Assembly (NCBI GenBank): GCA_028281605.1
Contig: JANQJO010000079.1
Span: forward strand, 39,256-103,255
DNA from: Pseudomonadales bacterium
GTDB lineage: Bacteria; Pseudomonadota; Gammaproteobacteria; Pseudomonadales; JANQJO01
Direction of reading: 5' to 3'
DNA length: 64,000 nt
Each line of letters starts with the position of its first letter. Position 1 is the first letter of the stretch. Shown piece by piece: positions 10,607 to 18,690 of this stretch. Both the position numbers and the translations under genes were made by a program. The notes below the pieces were generated by a model. The model was not told where the DNA came from. It saw only the letters and a program-made list of their open reading frames with translations, and ran no database searches.

Positions 10607-10930
10607 TGGTCTATCTCCTGTGCTCGTTTCAAAGCCAACTCAATTTCACGGCGTGGGGTCTTTTGAGTTTTTTTAATAAAAACCCTGACGACCACAACAC
10701 GCTTGAGCTTTGCTGTCACATAGAGCGCTCTGGATATACCATCCCTGCCCTTCATGCGGATTTCCCACAAAGAACCTTCCAAGTGCTTGACGTAAGGTTC
10801 CCTCACATTTTGCAAACTATGTTCTTCAATTAAGCTGACTGATCCAGACAAAGCGTGCCCGCATATCAGCCGGAAGTTTTGCTAACTCCTGATCCACTGT
10901 TTCATTTAATGTTTCGACAATCCAGCCCAT
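10603..10930 (-). pseudogene. Gp49/HigB-like (DUF891-type) toxin gene interrupted by a 1-nt frameshift near 10830
   Basis: ATG 10930 gives MGWIVETLNETVDQELAKLPADMRARFVWISQLN*. The rest (..SLIEEHSLQNVREPYVKHLEGSLWEIRMKGRDGISRALYVT...FIKKTQKTPRREIELALKRAQEI) continues in another frame (ORF 10603-10851). Removing one A from CTTAATT restores ...ISQLIEEHSL.... Confidence 0.7.
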
Positions 10931-10937
10931 GGTTTAA

Positions 10938-10955
10938 TATAACATATATGTTATA
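10938..10955. promoter_or_regulatory. Perfect 18-bp palindrome TATAACATATATGTTATA, probable operator of the TA promoter
   Basis: Self-complementary over all 18 nt. Lies 8 nt upstream of the toxin ATG (10930) and overlaps a TATAAT-like sequence. Confidence 0.5.
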
Positions 10956-11415
10956 ATATGCAAGATTAAAATTCAAGCAATGTAACACAATTGACTATAG
11001 TGTTACATTTTTACAAACCCAAGCCCCTAAAATCAGGGGATTTTTGGTTTTATTCGCCTCTCAGCCAACTCCGGGAATTGCTGATCATCTGTTCATTTCC
11101 TTGTTCCAAACGCTAAATCAGTTTACGATATTTTCCCAATGAGATGCGACGGAACCAAGCATTCTGTATACTTATTGTTCTGAAGACATTGATTTAGGTA
11201 AACCGCGTTGTAAATAAGTCATAGATAAGCAATTTTAGATCCGGTAGTATAGTAGTATATTGGAAAGGGCTTTATATTACTTGGTCTCTAACTTGCCGAT
11301 AACTAAGACGTTGTTTGTAGTGTGACTTCCAGCATCAAAATAAAATATTGGAAACAATTATTCGATTCAAGCTTTACTCTTAGTTGCGTACTATTGAATT
11401 AAAAGGCTAATTCAG

Positions 11416-13047
11416 ATGAGTCATTTTTTTAATGCATTCAAACGATTTTCCTTCCTACAGGCTACGTTTGTAGGAAGCCTCCTGTATTCAATTCCCACCT
11501 ATTCTGACTCAATGAGTATAATAAGTGTCGAAGAAAGCTCACCCGGTGAGACTTCGATTATTCTTGAGTTAGACGGAAACAATGCACCTCATGCCGATAA
11601 CTTTTTATTGCAGTTTCCTGATGATAGAAATGTTATTGCAACTGATGTCGAGAAAGTATTACCTGCGGGTAATGATTCTTGGATTGTTATTTGTTTAGAT
11701 AAAAGCGGATCAATGGGTGCTTTATTTACTGAAGTGCAAAATGCTTTAAAAAATGCTGTTCAGATAACTCGTCCACGTCAAATGGTTGAGTTGTTAACCT
11801 TTGGTACGGTATCTTCCACACCGGTTCCTTTTACTGATAATGCATTTGAATTAACTCAAGTAATTTCTACGTTATCACTGGAAACTGCGAGAGGCGGTAG
11901 TACGGTGTTGTTTGAATCGATTGACACGGCACTGTCACATTTAGAAGAAAAGAATAACGGTACTTATTCCACTGGTAGAATCATTTTGATTTCAGATGGT
12001 AAGGATGAAGGGAGTTCAAACAACCTCGAAGCCGTCATTAATCGCGCTAGATCGATTGCCGTCGAAATTGATGTGGTTGGTTATGGCAATGACGCACAAG
12101 TTTCTTCATCGTTTGGAGTTTTAAGAGATTTACCGCGAGCGACAGGCGGTAGTCTGGTTCTGCCTTCTAATAAGCAAGATTTAGAAAATGAGCTAACAAG
12201 CTTGCTTGATGCGTCGGCACCTAATCCAGTTTGGCAAGTATCATTCGACTATGAGGTAGCCAATCATGGTCGAAAAGTAGGGGCGACCTTGATAAGAAAG
12301 GATAGTGCGAACCCTGAAGCGTTATCCTTGCCACGCAGTATTTCGACTATGGCATTGGTTGAAGAAGCCATTGCAGAAATCCCACCGTTTAATATTGCAA
12401 ATATTCCTAACGAAAATAATTCTCAGAGAGAAGATAGTAGCGATTCAGATAGTGACGAAACTAAATGGTCGTTTACCTTATTTAATATAACTTTTGATAT
12501 TCATCTTTGGGAAATAGTACTCGCTTTGTTGGGCATTGGTGCGACTATAACCATCGTATATCGAGAAAAAATTGTTAGATATTTTTGGCCAATTGTGGTT
12601 CTAAAACCAAAATCCGTTAACCCCAAACCGCAAAAACCAAAACCCGGGAAACGAACAAGTATCGGCTACGCATTTAGTGCCCCAAGCAAGGAAAAACCAA
12701 CGGCCTTATTAAAATACATCGATGAAAGAAAAGTTGAAAGCCAATATGCCATTAATCAGAACAATATATTAATTGGTAATGATGCAGATAACGATATTGT
12801 TCTAACAGCCGATGACTATGTCTCTTCTAAACATGCCTGCATTCGATTTGACTCAGGCAGTCTCTACTTAAACGACCTCAACTCCAGTAACGGTACCTAT
12901 TTAAATGGTGAACGTATATATAGCACGCCAAGAGTGCTTAGCCCAGACGATGAGATCCGAATTGGAAAAACTATTTTCCGATTGAAAACTTATCGACAGC
13001 AAGTAATGGCAGTTAAGCCTAAACAATACGAAGAACCCGTTGTTTAA
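11416..13047 (+). CDS. Membrane protein: signal peptide, extracytoplasmic vWA domain, TM helix, Pro/Lys-rich linker, cytoplasmic FHA domain
   Basis: MIDAS DxSxS in IVICLDKSGSM, plus GGSTVLFESI and ILISDGKDEGS. TM is IVLALLGIGATITIVY. Linker is KPKSVNPKPQKPKPGKR. FHA is ILIGNDADNDIVL...SSKHACIRFD...NDLNSSNGTYLNGERI...IRIGKTIFRL. Confidence 0.85.
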   Translation: MSHFFNAFKRFSFLQATFVGSLLYSIPTYSDSMSIISVEESSPGETSIILELDGNNAPHADNFLLQFPDDRNVIATDVEKVLPAGNDSWIVICLDKSGSMGALFTEVQNALKNAVQITRPRQMVELLTFGTVSSTPVPFTDNAFELTQVISTLSLETARGGSTVLFESIDTALSHLEEKNNGTYSTGRIILISDGKDEGSSNNLEAVINRARSIAVEIDVVGYGNDAQVSSSFGVLRDLPRATGGSLVLPSNKQDLENELTSLLDASAPNPVWQVSFDYEVANHGRKVGATLIRKDSANPEALSLPRSISTMALVEEAIAEIPPFNIANIPNENNSQREDSSDSDSDETKWSFTLFNITFDIHLWEIVLALLGIGATITIVYREKIVRYFWPIVVLKPKSVNPKPQKPKPGKRTSIGYAFSAPSKEKPTALLKYIDERKVESQYAINQNNILIGNDADNDIVLTADDYVSSKHACIRFDSGSLYLNDLNSSNGTYLNGERIYSTPRVLSPDDEIRIGKTIFRLKTYRQQVMAVKPKQYEEPVV

Positions 13048-13089
13048 TTCGCTGAATTCTTAAGTCGCACGGACAAGATTTATATTATT

Positions 13090-13953
13090 GTGAATGCTTA
13101 TTCTGAAATGAAAACGATATTTTCACGCAGCACTGATTCAAAGGGCAAAAGAAAACAATGGCACTTTGGCGCTTGTTCGGAAACCGGATTTTTTCGCAAA
13201 GAAAATCAAGACCGCATGGGTAGAGCTAGCTATCACGGTGGTGAGATCTATGTGGTTTCAGACGGAATGGGCGGACACAAAGGCGGCAGCATTGCAGCTG
13301 AAATGACGGTGCAAACCTTACTTGATGAATTGAGTCATCAAGAGGAGCCGACATCATTGTTCGATTTGCTTAAGCATGCGTTTCAATATGCAAATCAAGT
13401 AGTATATGAACGCGGGCATTCCAATGAGAGTGTAACAAAAGGTATGGGTGCCACTGCGGTTGTCATGCTTACCAAAGGCGCGAAAATATTAGTTGGTCAT
13501 GTGGGTGACAGCCGGGCTTATCTTTTTGATAACAATAAAAGGCTGCATTTACTAACGAAGGACCATACGCGCGTTCAGAGGATGGTAGATGATGGTTTGT
13601 TATCTGAGGCTGAAGCAGAAAACCATCCTGACGCAAGCATACTGGAGCGTGCTATAGGCCATTTGCCAACAGTGAAAAGTACGATTTCAAAGTGGCGACG
13701 TCTACGTTGTGGTGAGCAAATACTACTGTGTTCAGATGGGTTGTCTGGATACGTGAGTGATAAAGAAATAGCGAATGCGTTAAGTATCTGTACAGAGCCG
13801 TCTGAATCGGCAGAACTGCTCACGGCGTTAGCGCTTAAGAAAGGAGGCGAAGATAACGTGACTGTGCAAGTAATACGCTATGGCGACCAGCCTAAGATTG
13901 CCGTATTTAAAAAGTTAAGTGCGGTGTTAAGTATACGGCTGCTATCTCGGTGA
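13090..13953 (+). CDS. PP2C-family Ser/Thr protein phosphatase
   Basis: Motifs RKENQDR, VSDGMGGHKGG, GATAVVM, VGDSRAYLF, LCSDGL and GGEDNVTVQVI. The start could be GTG 13090 or ATG 13108. Confidence 0.9.
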   Translation: MNAYSEMKTIFSRSTDSKGKRKQWHFGACSETGFFRKENQDRMGRASYHGGEIYVVSDGMGGHKGGSIAAEMTVQTLLDELSHQEEPTSLFDLLKHAFQYANQVVYERGHSNESVTKGMGATAVVMLTKGAKILVGHVGDSRAYLFDNNKRLHLLTKDHTRVQRMVDDGLLSEAEAENHPDASILERAIGHLPTVKSTISKWRRLRCGEQILLCSDGLSGYVSDKEIANALSICTEPSESAELLTALALKKGGEDNVTVQVIRYGDQPKIAVFKKLSAVLSIRLLSR

Positions 13954-14104
13954 TTGTTTGTTTAGCAACGATTTACGCGGTGTTTAATCCAAATGATTTT
14001 AGTTGTTTTAAAGTCGACTTCTAAAATAGCAGAGTCCGTGGTTGATGCTAGAAATTCCAATGAATGAGTACATTTGCTTTTTACATTAACAAGAGGTGGT
14101 TTTC

Positions 14105-14854
14105 ATGGCTACGAATAATATTTGGGAGGTTATAAAACGATGGTCTCGCCTTGAGGGAGTTGGGGACGCGAGGCGCATAACTCAATCGAGTACTTTATGT
14201 AAAGCTGGAAAGCACTCTGTTGACCCCAACTGGGAGGAGTGCCCTTTATGTAAGCACGAAATATTAAACAAGGATAAGAATCAAACTGGCACTGAACTAA
14301 ATGACAACACAAGCGCAAACGAAATAAGGAGCAACGTTATGACATCTCGTAAACAAACATCTGTTGGCGGTGGAGAAAGCATTGCCTCAAACCGTCGTGA
14401 AACAAAATTGGACACTTATGCTGGTGATTTTCAACCAGCTCACGATCCTTCACGAAAGATTGTCGGTGTGATGGTTACGTTTTCTTGGCACAAAGAGGGG
14501 CAGTTGTTCCGTATTTATGAAGGTAAGAATTATATTGGTCGTGGCACGGTCGAGAACGAAGGTGGGCGCCTTTGCGATGTGTTAATTGAAGACGACCAGA
14601 CGCTATCGAATGAGCATGCTCTGATTATCTATCGAGCCGGGCGTTATGAGTTATTTGATCAAAGAAGTACGACAGGCACTTTCTTAAATGATGAATATGT
14701 TGATGACAAAGCAACACTGTCTGATCGAGCAAAAATTAAAACAGGTGCCACCGTGTGGCAATTTTTAAAAATTGATTCTGATGTCTTTGAGAGCAGTAAG
14801 CCTCAAGAGGATTCATCAGTTTCAAAGAAAAGAACCGATACGGTCGTAGGTTAA
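14105..14854 (+). CDS. FHA-domain protein with N-terminal zinc-ribbon-like motif
   Basis: CKAGKH...CPLCKHE near the N-terminus, then a low-complexity linker. C-terminal FHA is NYIGRG...LSNEHALIIY...LFDQRSTTGTFLNDEYV...IKTGATVWQF. ATG 14105 follows AGAGGTGG. Confidence 0.8.
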   Translation: MATNNIWEVIKRWSRLEGVGDARRITQSSTLCKAGKHSVDPNWEECPLCKHEILNKDKNQTGTELNDNTSANEIRSNVMTSRKQTSVGGGESIASNRRETKLDTYAGDFQPAHDPSRKIVGVMVTFSWHKEGQLFRIYEGKNYIGRGTVENEGGRLCDVLIEDDQTLSNEHALIIYRAGRYELFDQRSTTGTFLNDEYVDDKATLSDRAKIKTGATVWQFLKIDSDVFESSKPQEDSSVSKKRTDTVVG

Positions 14855-14887
14855 TTAACTTGAACGAATTGGGATACAATATTCGTC

Positions 14888-15835
14888 ATGAGCGCTTTAT
14901 CTAAACAAAGTATTGGCCCTTACCAAATTGTCGACGAACTGGGCGTCGGTGGAATGGCGATGGTTTGGCGGGCATGGGATCAACGCAATCAATGTGATGT
15001 TGCGATTAAGGCGATTAAAAACGAATATCGTAATGATTCCTGCTTTGTTAAGCGTTTTCTAGATGAGTCTCGACGGCAGGCGCGTCTCGAACATCCCAAC
15101 ATTGTTAAAGTGCTCGATACTCTGCAAGTAGGTCATTTGCAATGTATGGTGATGCAGCTAATTGAAGGTGAATCACTCGAGGAGCGTTTGGATCGCTTGC
15201 CTGAAAAGCGCATCAATTTTGAGGAAGCCCTGCCAATCTTTTGCGATATATTGGATGCGCTTGATTATGCTCACCGTAAAGGTGTTACGCACCGTGACAT
15301 TAAACCTTCGAATATACTTATAGAGCGCGAAACTGGGCGAGCATACTTGTCTGATTTTGGTATTTCTTTAGCGATTGGTGAATTACGTCATACACGTGCA
15401 CATGTGCCCGTTGGAACGCCGGAATATATGAGCCCAGAACAGATTCGAACGCCGCAGAGTATCGACTTTCGTTCAGATGTGTATAGCTTAGGTTGCGTAT
15501 TATATGAAGCGCTCATCGGGCGGCCTCCTTTTACTGCACCAGAGTTGGGCGGAAATGCTTGGGAAGTGGCCATTCGATCTGCTCATGTGAAAAATTCACC
15601 CGTACCGCCGCATCGTCTATCGCATTCCGTTACAAAGTCAGTCAGTAAAATTATTATGTGGGCTTTAGAAAAAGACCCGGATAAGCGTCTTCCAGGCTGT
15701 GCTGAATTTGCTAGACAGTTAAATGCCAGTCGTGAATCTGGTGCGTCTCCGTTTAATAAATTTAAGCGAATTTTATTCTTATTTACGTCTGTTGTTGTCG
15801 TCATTGTTGGCTTTGTTTTTCTAATGAGCCGTTGA
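14888..15835 (+). CDS. Ser/Thr protein kinase (RD type) with C-terminal TM anchor
   Basis: Motifs LGVGGMAMVW, VAIKAI, HRDIKPSNIL, DFG and GTPEYMSPE. C-terminal TM is ILFLFTSVVVVIVGFVFLM. Confidence 0.9.
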   Translation: MSALSKQSIGPYQIVDELGVGGMAMVWRAWDQRNQCDVAIKAIKNEYRNDSCFVKRFLDESRRQARLEHPNIVKVLDTLQVGHLQCMVMQLIEGESLEERLDRLPEKRINFEEALPIFCDILDALDYAHRKGVTHRDIKPSNILIERETGRAYLSDFGISLAIGELRHTRAHVPVGTPEYMSPEQIRTPQSIDFRSDVYSLGCVLYEALIGRPPFTAPELGGNAWEVAIRSAHVKNSPVPPHRLSHSVTKSVSKIIMWALEKDPDKRLPGCAEFARQLNASRESGASPFNKFKRILFLFTSVVVVIVGFVFLMSR

Positions 15836-15863
15836 ATAGTTTTAAACTCATCTAAGGGGAAAA

Positions 15864-16517
15864 ATGAAAATGAAAGAATTGATTAATCCATTCGTTAACT
15901 TAAAAGTAATGACCATTGTAGCCTCTGCAACGATATTGAGTGGTTGTGAAACCTTAGAGCAAAATGCGGCTTTAGAGTGTGGCGCGGGTGCATCTGTGGG
16001 GAGTTATTTTTTATGTAAGGCTAGCGGAAAGTCTGCGAAGGAATGCAATAAAATTGCCCTGGCAGGCGGGTTGGTTGGCGGAGCGGTATGTTACGGATAT
16101 GCCTCGAAACTCAATAAACACAAGAAGGTATTGGAAGGCAAAGAAGATGATTTGGATGCACGCCTTCAGTACGTGAAAAACGTGAATGAGGAATCTCGAA
16201 AACTGAATGAAAAATTAGAAATGCAAGTAGCGACTCTTTCACAAGAGATTGATAAGGAAATATTTAAGCAAGAGCAACAAAAAACAGAATCCGCTGAGTT
16301 GGATAACTTAAGAAACAAACTCAAAAATAACATTGAAAAAGCCAATGAGCAACTCGATGCCTCAAAGGCTGCGTTAGAAGATATGAGACAGTTTAAGGTT
16401 CGTCAAACAAAGCGATCAGAAGAATTAGATGCACAAATCGTGACGCAGCAGAAATTGTATAATGATACGCAAAAGCTGATTGCAAATTTAACACAGCAAA
16501 GTCAGCGCATTGGTTAA
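15864..16517 (+). CDS. Coiled-coil lipoprotein
   Basis: Lipobox ILSGC, a Gly-rich segment LAGGLVGGAVCYGY, then about 130 aa of heptad-like charged sequence. Confidence 0.7.
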   Translation: MKMKELINPFVNLKVMTIVASATILSGCETLEQNAALECGAGASVGSYFLCKASGKSAKECNKIALAGGLVGGAVCYGYASKLNKHKKVLEGKEDDLDARLQYVKNVNEESRKLNEKLEMQVATLSQEIDKEIFKQEQQKTESAELDNLRNKLKNNIEKANEQLDASKAALEDMRQFKVRQTKRSEELDAQIVTQQKLYNDTQKLIANLTQQSQRIG

Positions 16518-16531
16518 TGGGGTAGTAGCTA

Positions 16532-17035
16532 ATGGATAAATTACATAATGGCCATACTAAAACTGGATTGCCTTCTGTGATGCATATGGTGTTCGCAGTA
16601 TCGGTCAGTCTACTATTTTTAGCTTCTTTGTCAAGTTGTACGATTGCGACGATTAGAGATGATATTGAAACGACAGAAGCCTCTATTGTTGTAAAAGAAG
16701 GTGAGCTTGTTGAGGAAAATAAAATATATTCACAATTGCAAAGCCAAATTCAACAGACGCAATCAATTCTTGATGATAAGGAAGCTGATTTAACCGAAGT
16801 GGCTTTTCAGATTGAAATGATGAAAAAACAGTTTGCGAATGCACTTGCTCAGACCGAGGCTGAAAAAGAACGTAAATTGAAAATTGATACGGAATTAAGT
16901 GCATTACTGGATGAGCTAAAGGAAGTTAAGTCAATTGAACAGCAACAATCGTTGTCCATACAAGAAAAACAAAAACGTTTAAGCTATCTCAGGAAGAAGA
17001 CCATCAAATCATTGAAGATCATTGAAGCTATTTAA
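16532..17035 (+). CDS. Coiled-coil lipoprotein
   Basis: Lipobox LSSC after a hydrophobic h-region, with coiled-coil-like remainder. The stop abuts the next ATG. Confidence 0.7.
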   Translation: MDKLHNGHTKTGLPSVMHMVFAVSVSLLFLASLSSCTIATIRDDIETTEASIVVKEGELVEENKIYSQLQSQIQQTQSILDDKEADLTEVAFQIEMMKKQFANALAQTEAEKERKLKIDTELSALLDELKEVKSIEQQQSLSIQEKQKRLSYLRKKTIKSLKIIEAI

Positions 17036-18478
17036 ATGAGTGAAGACAGATTGCTTGGCTCAGTCCTTGAGAATAAATACCGTATACTCAGATTGCTCGG
17101 TGAAGGCGCTATGGGGCGTGTTTATCTCGCGGAAAATATTCAACTGCCTGATATTCGTTATGCGATTAAGGTTCTGAAATCAGAGTTCACCGACAGTAAC
17201 CCGCAATTTAAGGAGGAGTTTACCAGAGAAGCCCAGCGCCATGCTAAGTTACAGCATCCTAATATTGTTCATGTGAATGACTACTCCAAAACGTCTTCGA
17301 ATTTTTTCCTAGTACTCGCTTTCGTTGATGGTCAGGCTTTGAGTGATTTACTTGATGATGCACAAGGTCCGTTACCGGAAAAGCGGGCATTGTCGATCAT
17401 CAAAGATGTATTAAGCGCACTTAACTTTGCACATGAAAATGCCTTGGTACATCAAGACGTTAAATCGCCTAATATTCTGATTGATTCGTTTTGCGCACGC
17501 ATAACCGATTTTGGAATTGCTAGAGAACTTGCCAATGTTGCGGAGTCTGATTCTCAAAAATGGATTGGCACGCCTGATTACATGAGCCCGGAACAATACA
17601 TTAGCCCAAATATGATTGATCATCGCTCCGATGTTTATTCGGCAGGCGTGGTTTTGTTTGAAATGCTAACGGGCCAATTACCATTTTCTGGAGAAACATC
17701 GGAAGAAATTCTGCGTAAGCACGTTGATGAAGATGTTCCTGATCCCCGGCGAATAGAAAAAAAGATTTCTAAGCCTTTGGCGCGTATTGTTTTGAAAGCG
17801 CTGGCTAAAGATCCTGAGCAGCGCTATCAAGGTTGCCAAGAATTCTTATTGGCGATCGAAGCTTATGAACGTCGAAACACGCTGATAAAAACAATCATTT
17901 TTATTTCGATCTTAACGGCGATAGGGGCAATGACTTACGCATATCTAAAACCGCAAAAGGATGCAGGAGTCAATGTGGTTGTGAAAACGGCTTTTGATAA
18001 CATGGAAAGTGTTTGTCTTGATGTCAAACTCATGCACGGAAATTTCAGCGGAATAAAAGAAATTGAAGGTGTCAGAAAGGCTATCCAGGAACAGCGTCAA
18101 TCATTGGTCGATTATGTTGAAGTCACAAATCCAGCTGATGTTCCCGAGTGGTATCACCAGGAAATTCAAGATATGGAACAAGAAATAGAAGCTCAAAATA
18201 GCTATATAAAAAATATCCAGAAACAAATTCAAGACAACGAGCGTACGATAAAAAATCGACTTAGAAAATACTCAGAGGCGATTGCCAACTTGCAGAAATT
18301 TGATAGTGAAAGCGTTGAGGAAGTGGTGAAAATGGAGCGGGCTGGTAGTGCCAACCGTACATTATATGGCGACTATATACTTGGGGATCGAGTTAGCTTT
18401 AATCCTAGCGGTGAAATATTATCAATTGATGGTGCGATTGAACGTTGCAAAATACGCTTTCCAGAATTGAGTTTTTGA
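17036..18478 (+). CDS. Ser/Thr protein kinase (non-RD, HQD) with TM helix and extracytoplasmic coiled-coil domain
   Basis: Motifs LGEGAMGRVY, YAIKVL, HQDVKSPNIL, DFG and GTPDYMSPE. TM is IIFISILTAIGAMTYAYL, followed by about 180 aa of charged coiled-coil-like sequence. Confidence 0.9.
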   Translation: MSEDRLLGSVLENKYRILRLLGEGAMGRVYLAENIQLPDIRYAIKVLKSEFTDSNPQFKEEFTREAQRHAKLQHPNIVHVNDYSKTSSNFFLVLAFVDGQALSDLLDDAQGPLPEKRALSIIKDVLSALNFAHENALVHQDVKSPNILIDSFCARITDFGIARELANVAESDSQKWIGTPDYMSPEQYISPNMIDHRSDVYSAGVVLFEMLTGQLPFSGETSEEILRKHVDEDVPDPRRIEKKISKPLARIVLKALAKDPEQRYQGCQEFLLAIEAYERRNTLIKTIIFISILTAIGAMTYAYLKPQKDAGVNVVVKTAFDNMESVCLDVKLMHGNFSGIKEIEGVRKAIQEQRQSLVDYVEVTNPADVPEWYHQEIQDMEQEIEAQNSYIKNIQKQIQDNERTIKNRLRKYSEAIANLQKFDSESVEEVVKMERAGSANRTLYGDYILGDRVSFNPSGEILSIDGAIERCKIRFPELSF

Positions 18479-18690
18479 ATCAACTTCAATCATCACATTC
18501 CCTTGGTGAACATCAGTATTCCCTACTATACGGTGTATGACCTCTAATTTTTCGAGTATTTTATGAGCTTCGTCTTGATATTTTTTTGGGATTTCATACA
18601 ATTTTTTCAGCTCCTCCCGGAACAATAATTGCTGTGTGATGACAGTGTTGTAATTTTTCTCCAGGTAATAGCAAATAAATAATCATAGTA

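Noticed and set aside
18422-18625. A 67-aa minus-strand ORF downstream of recD2 with VGNTDVHQGNVMI, reminiscent of the HxDxxxxN loop of APH/choline-kinase-like phosphotransferases.
   Set aside because: It is too short, overlaps the 3' end of kinase 2 by 57 nt, and the motif match is a single short string. At best it is a gene remnant, so it is not called.
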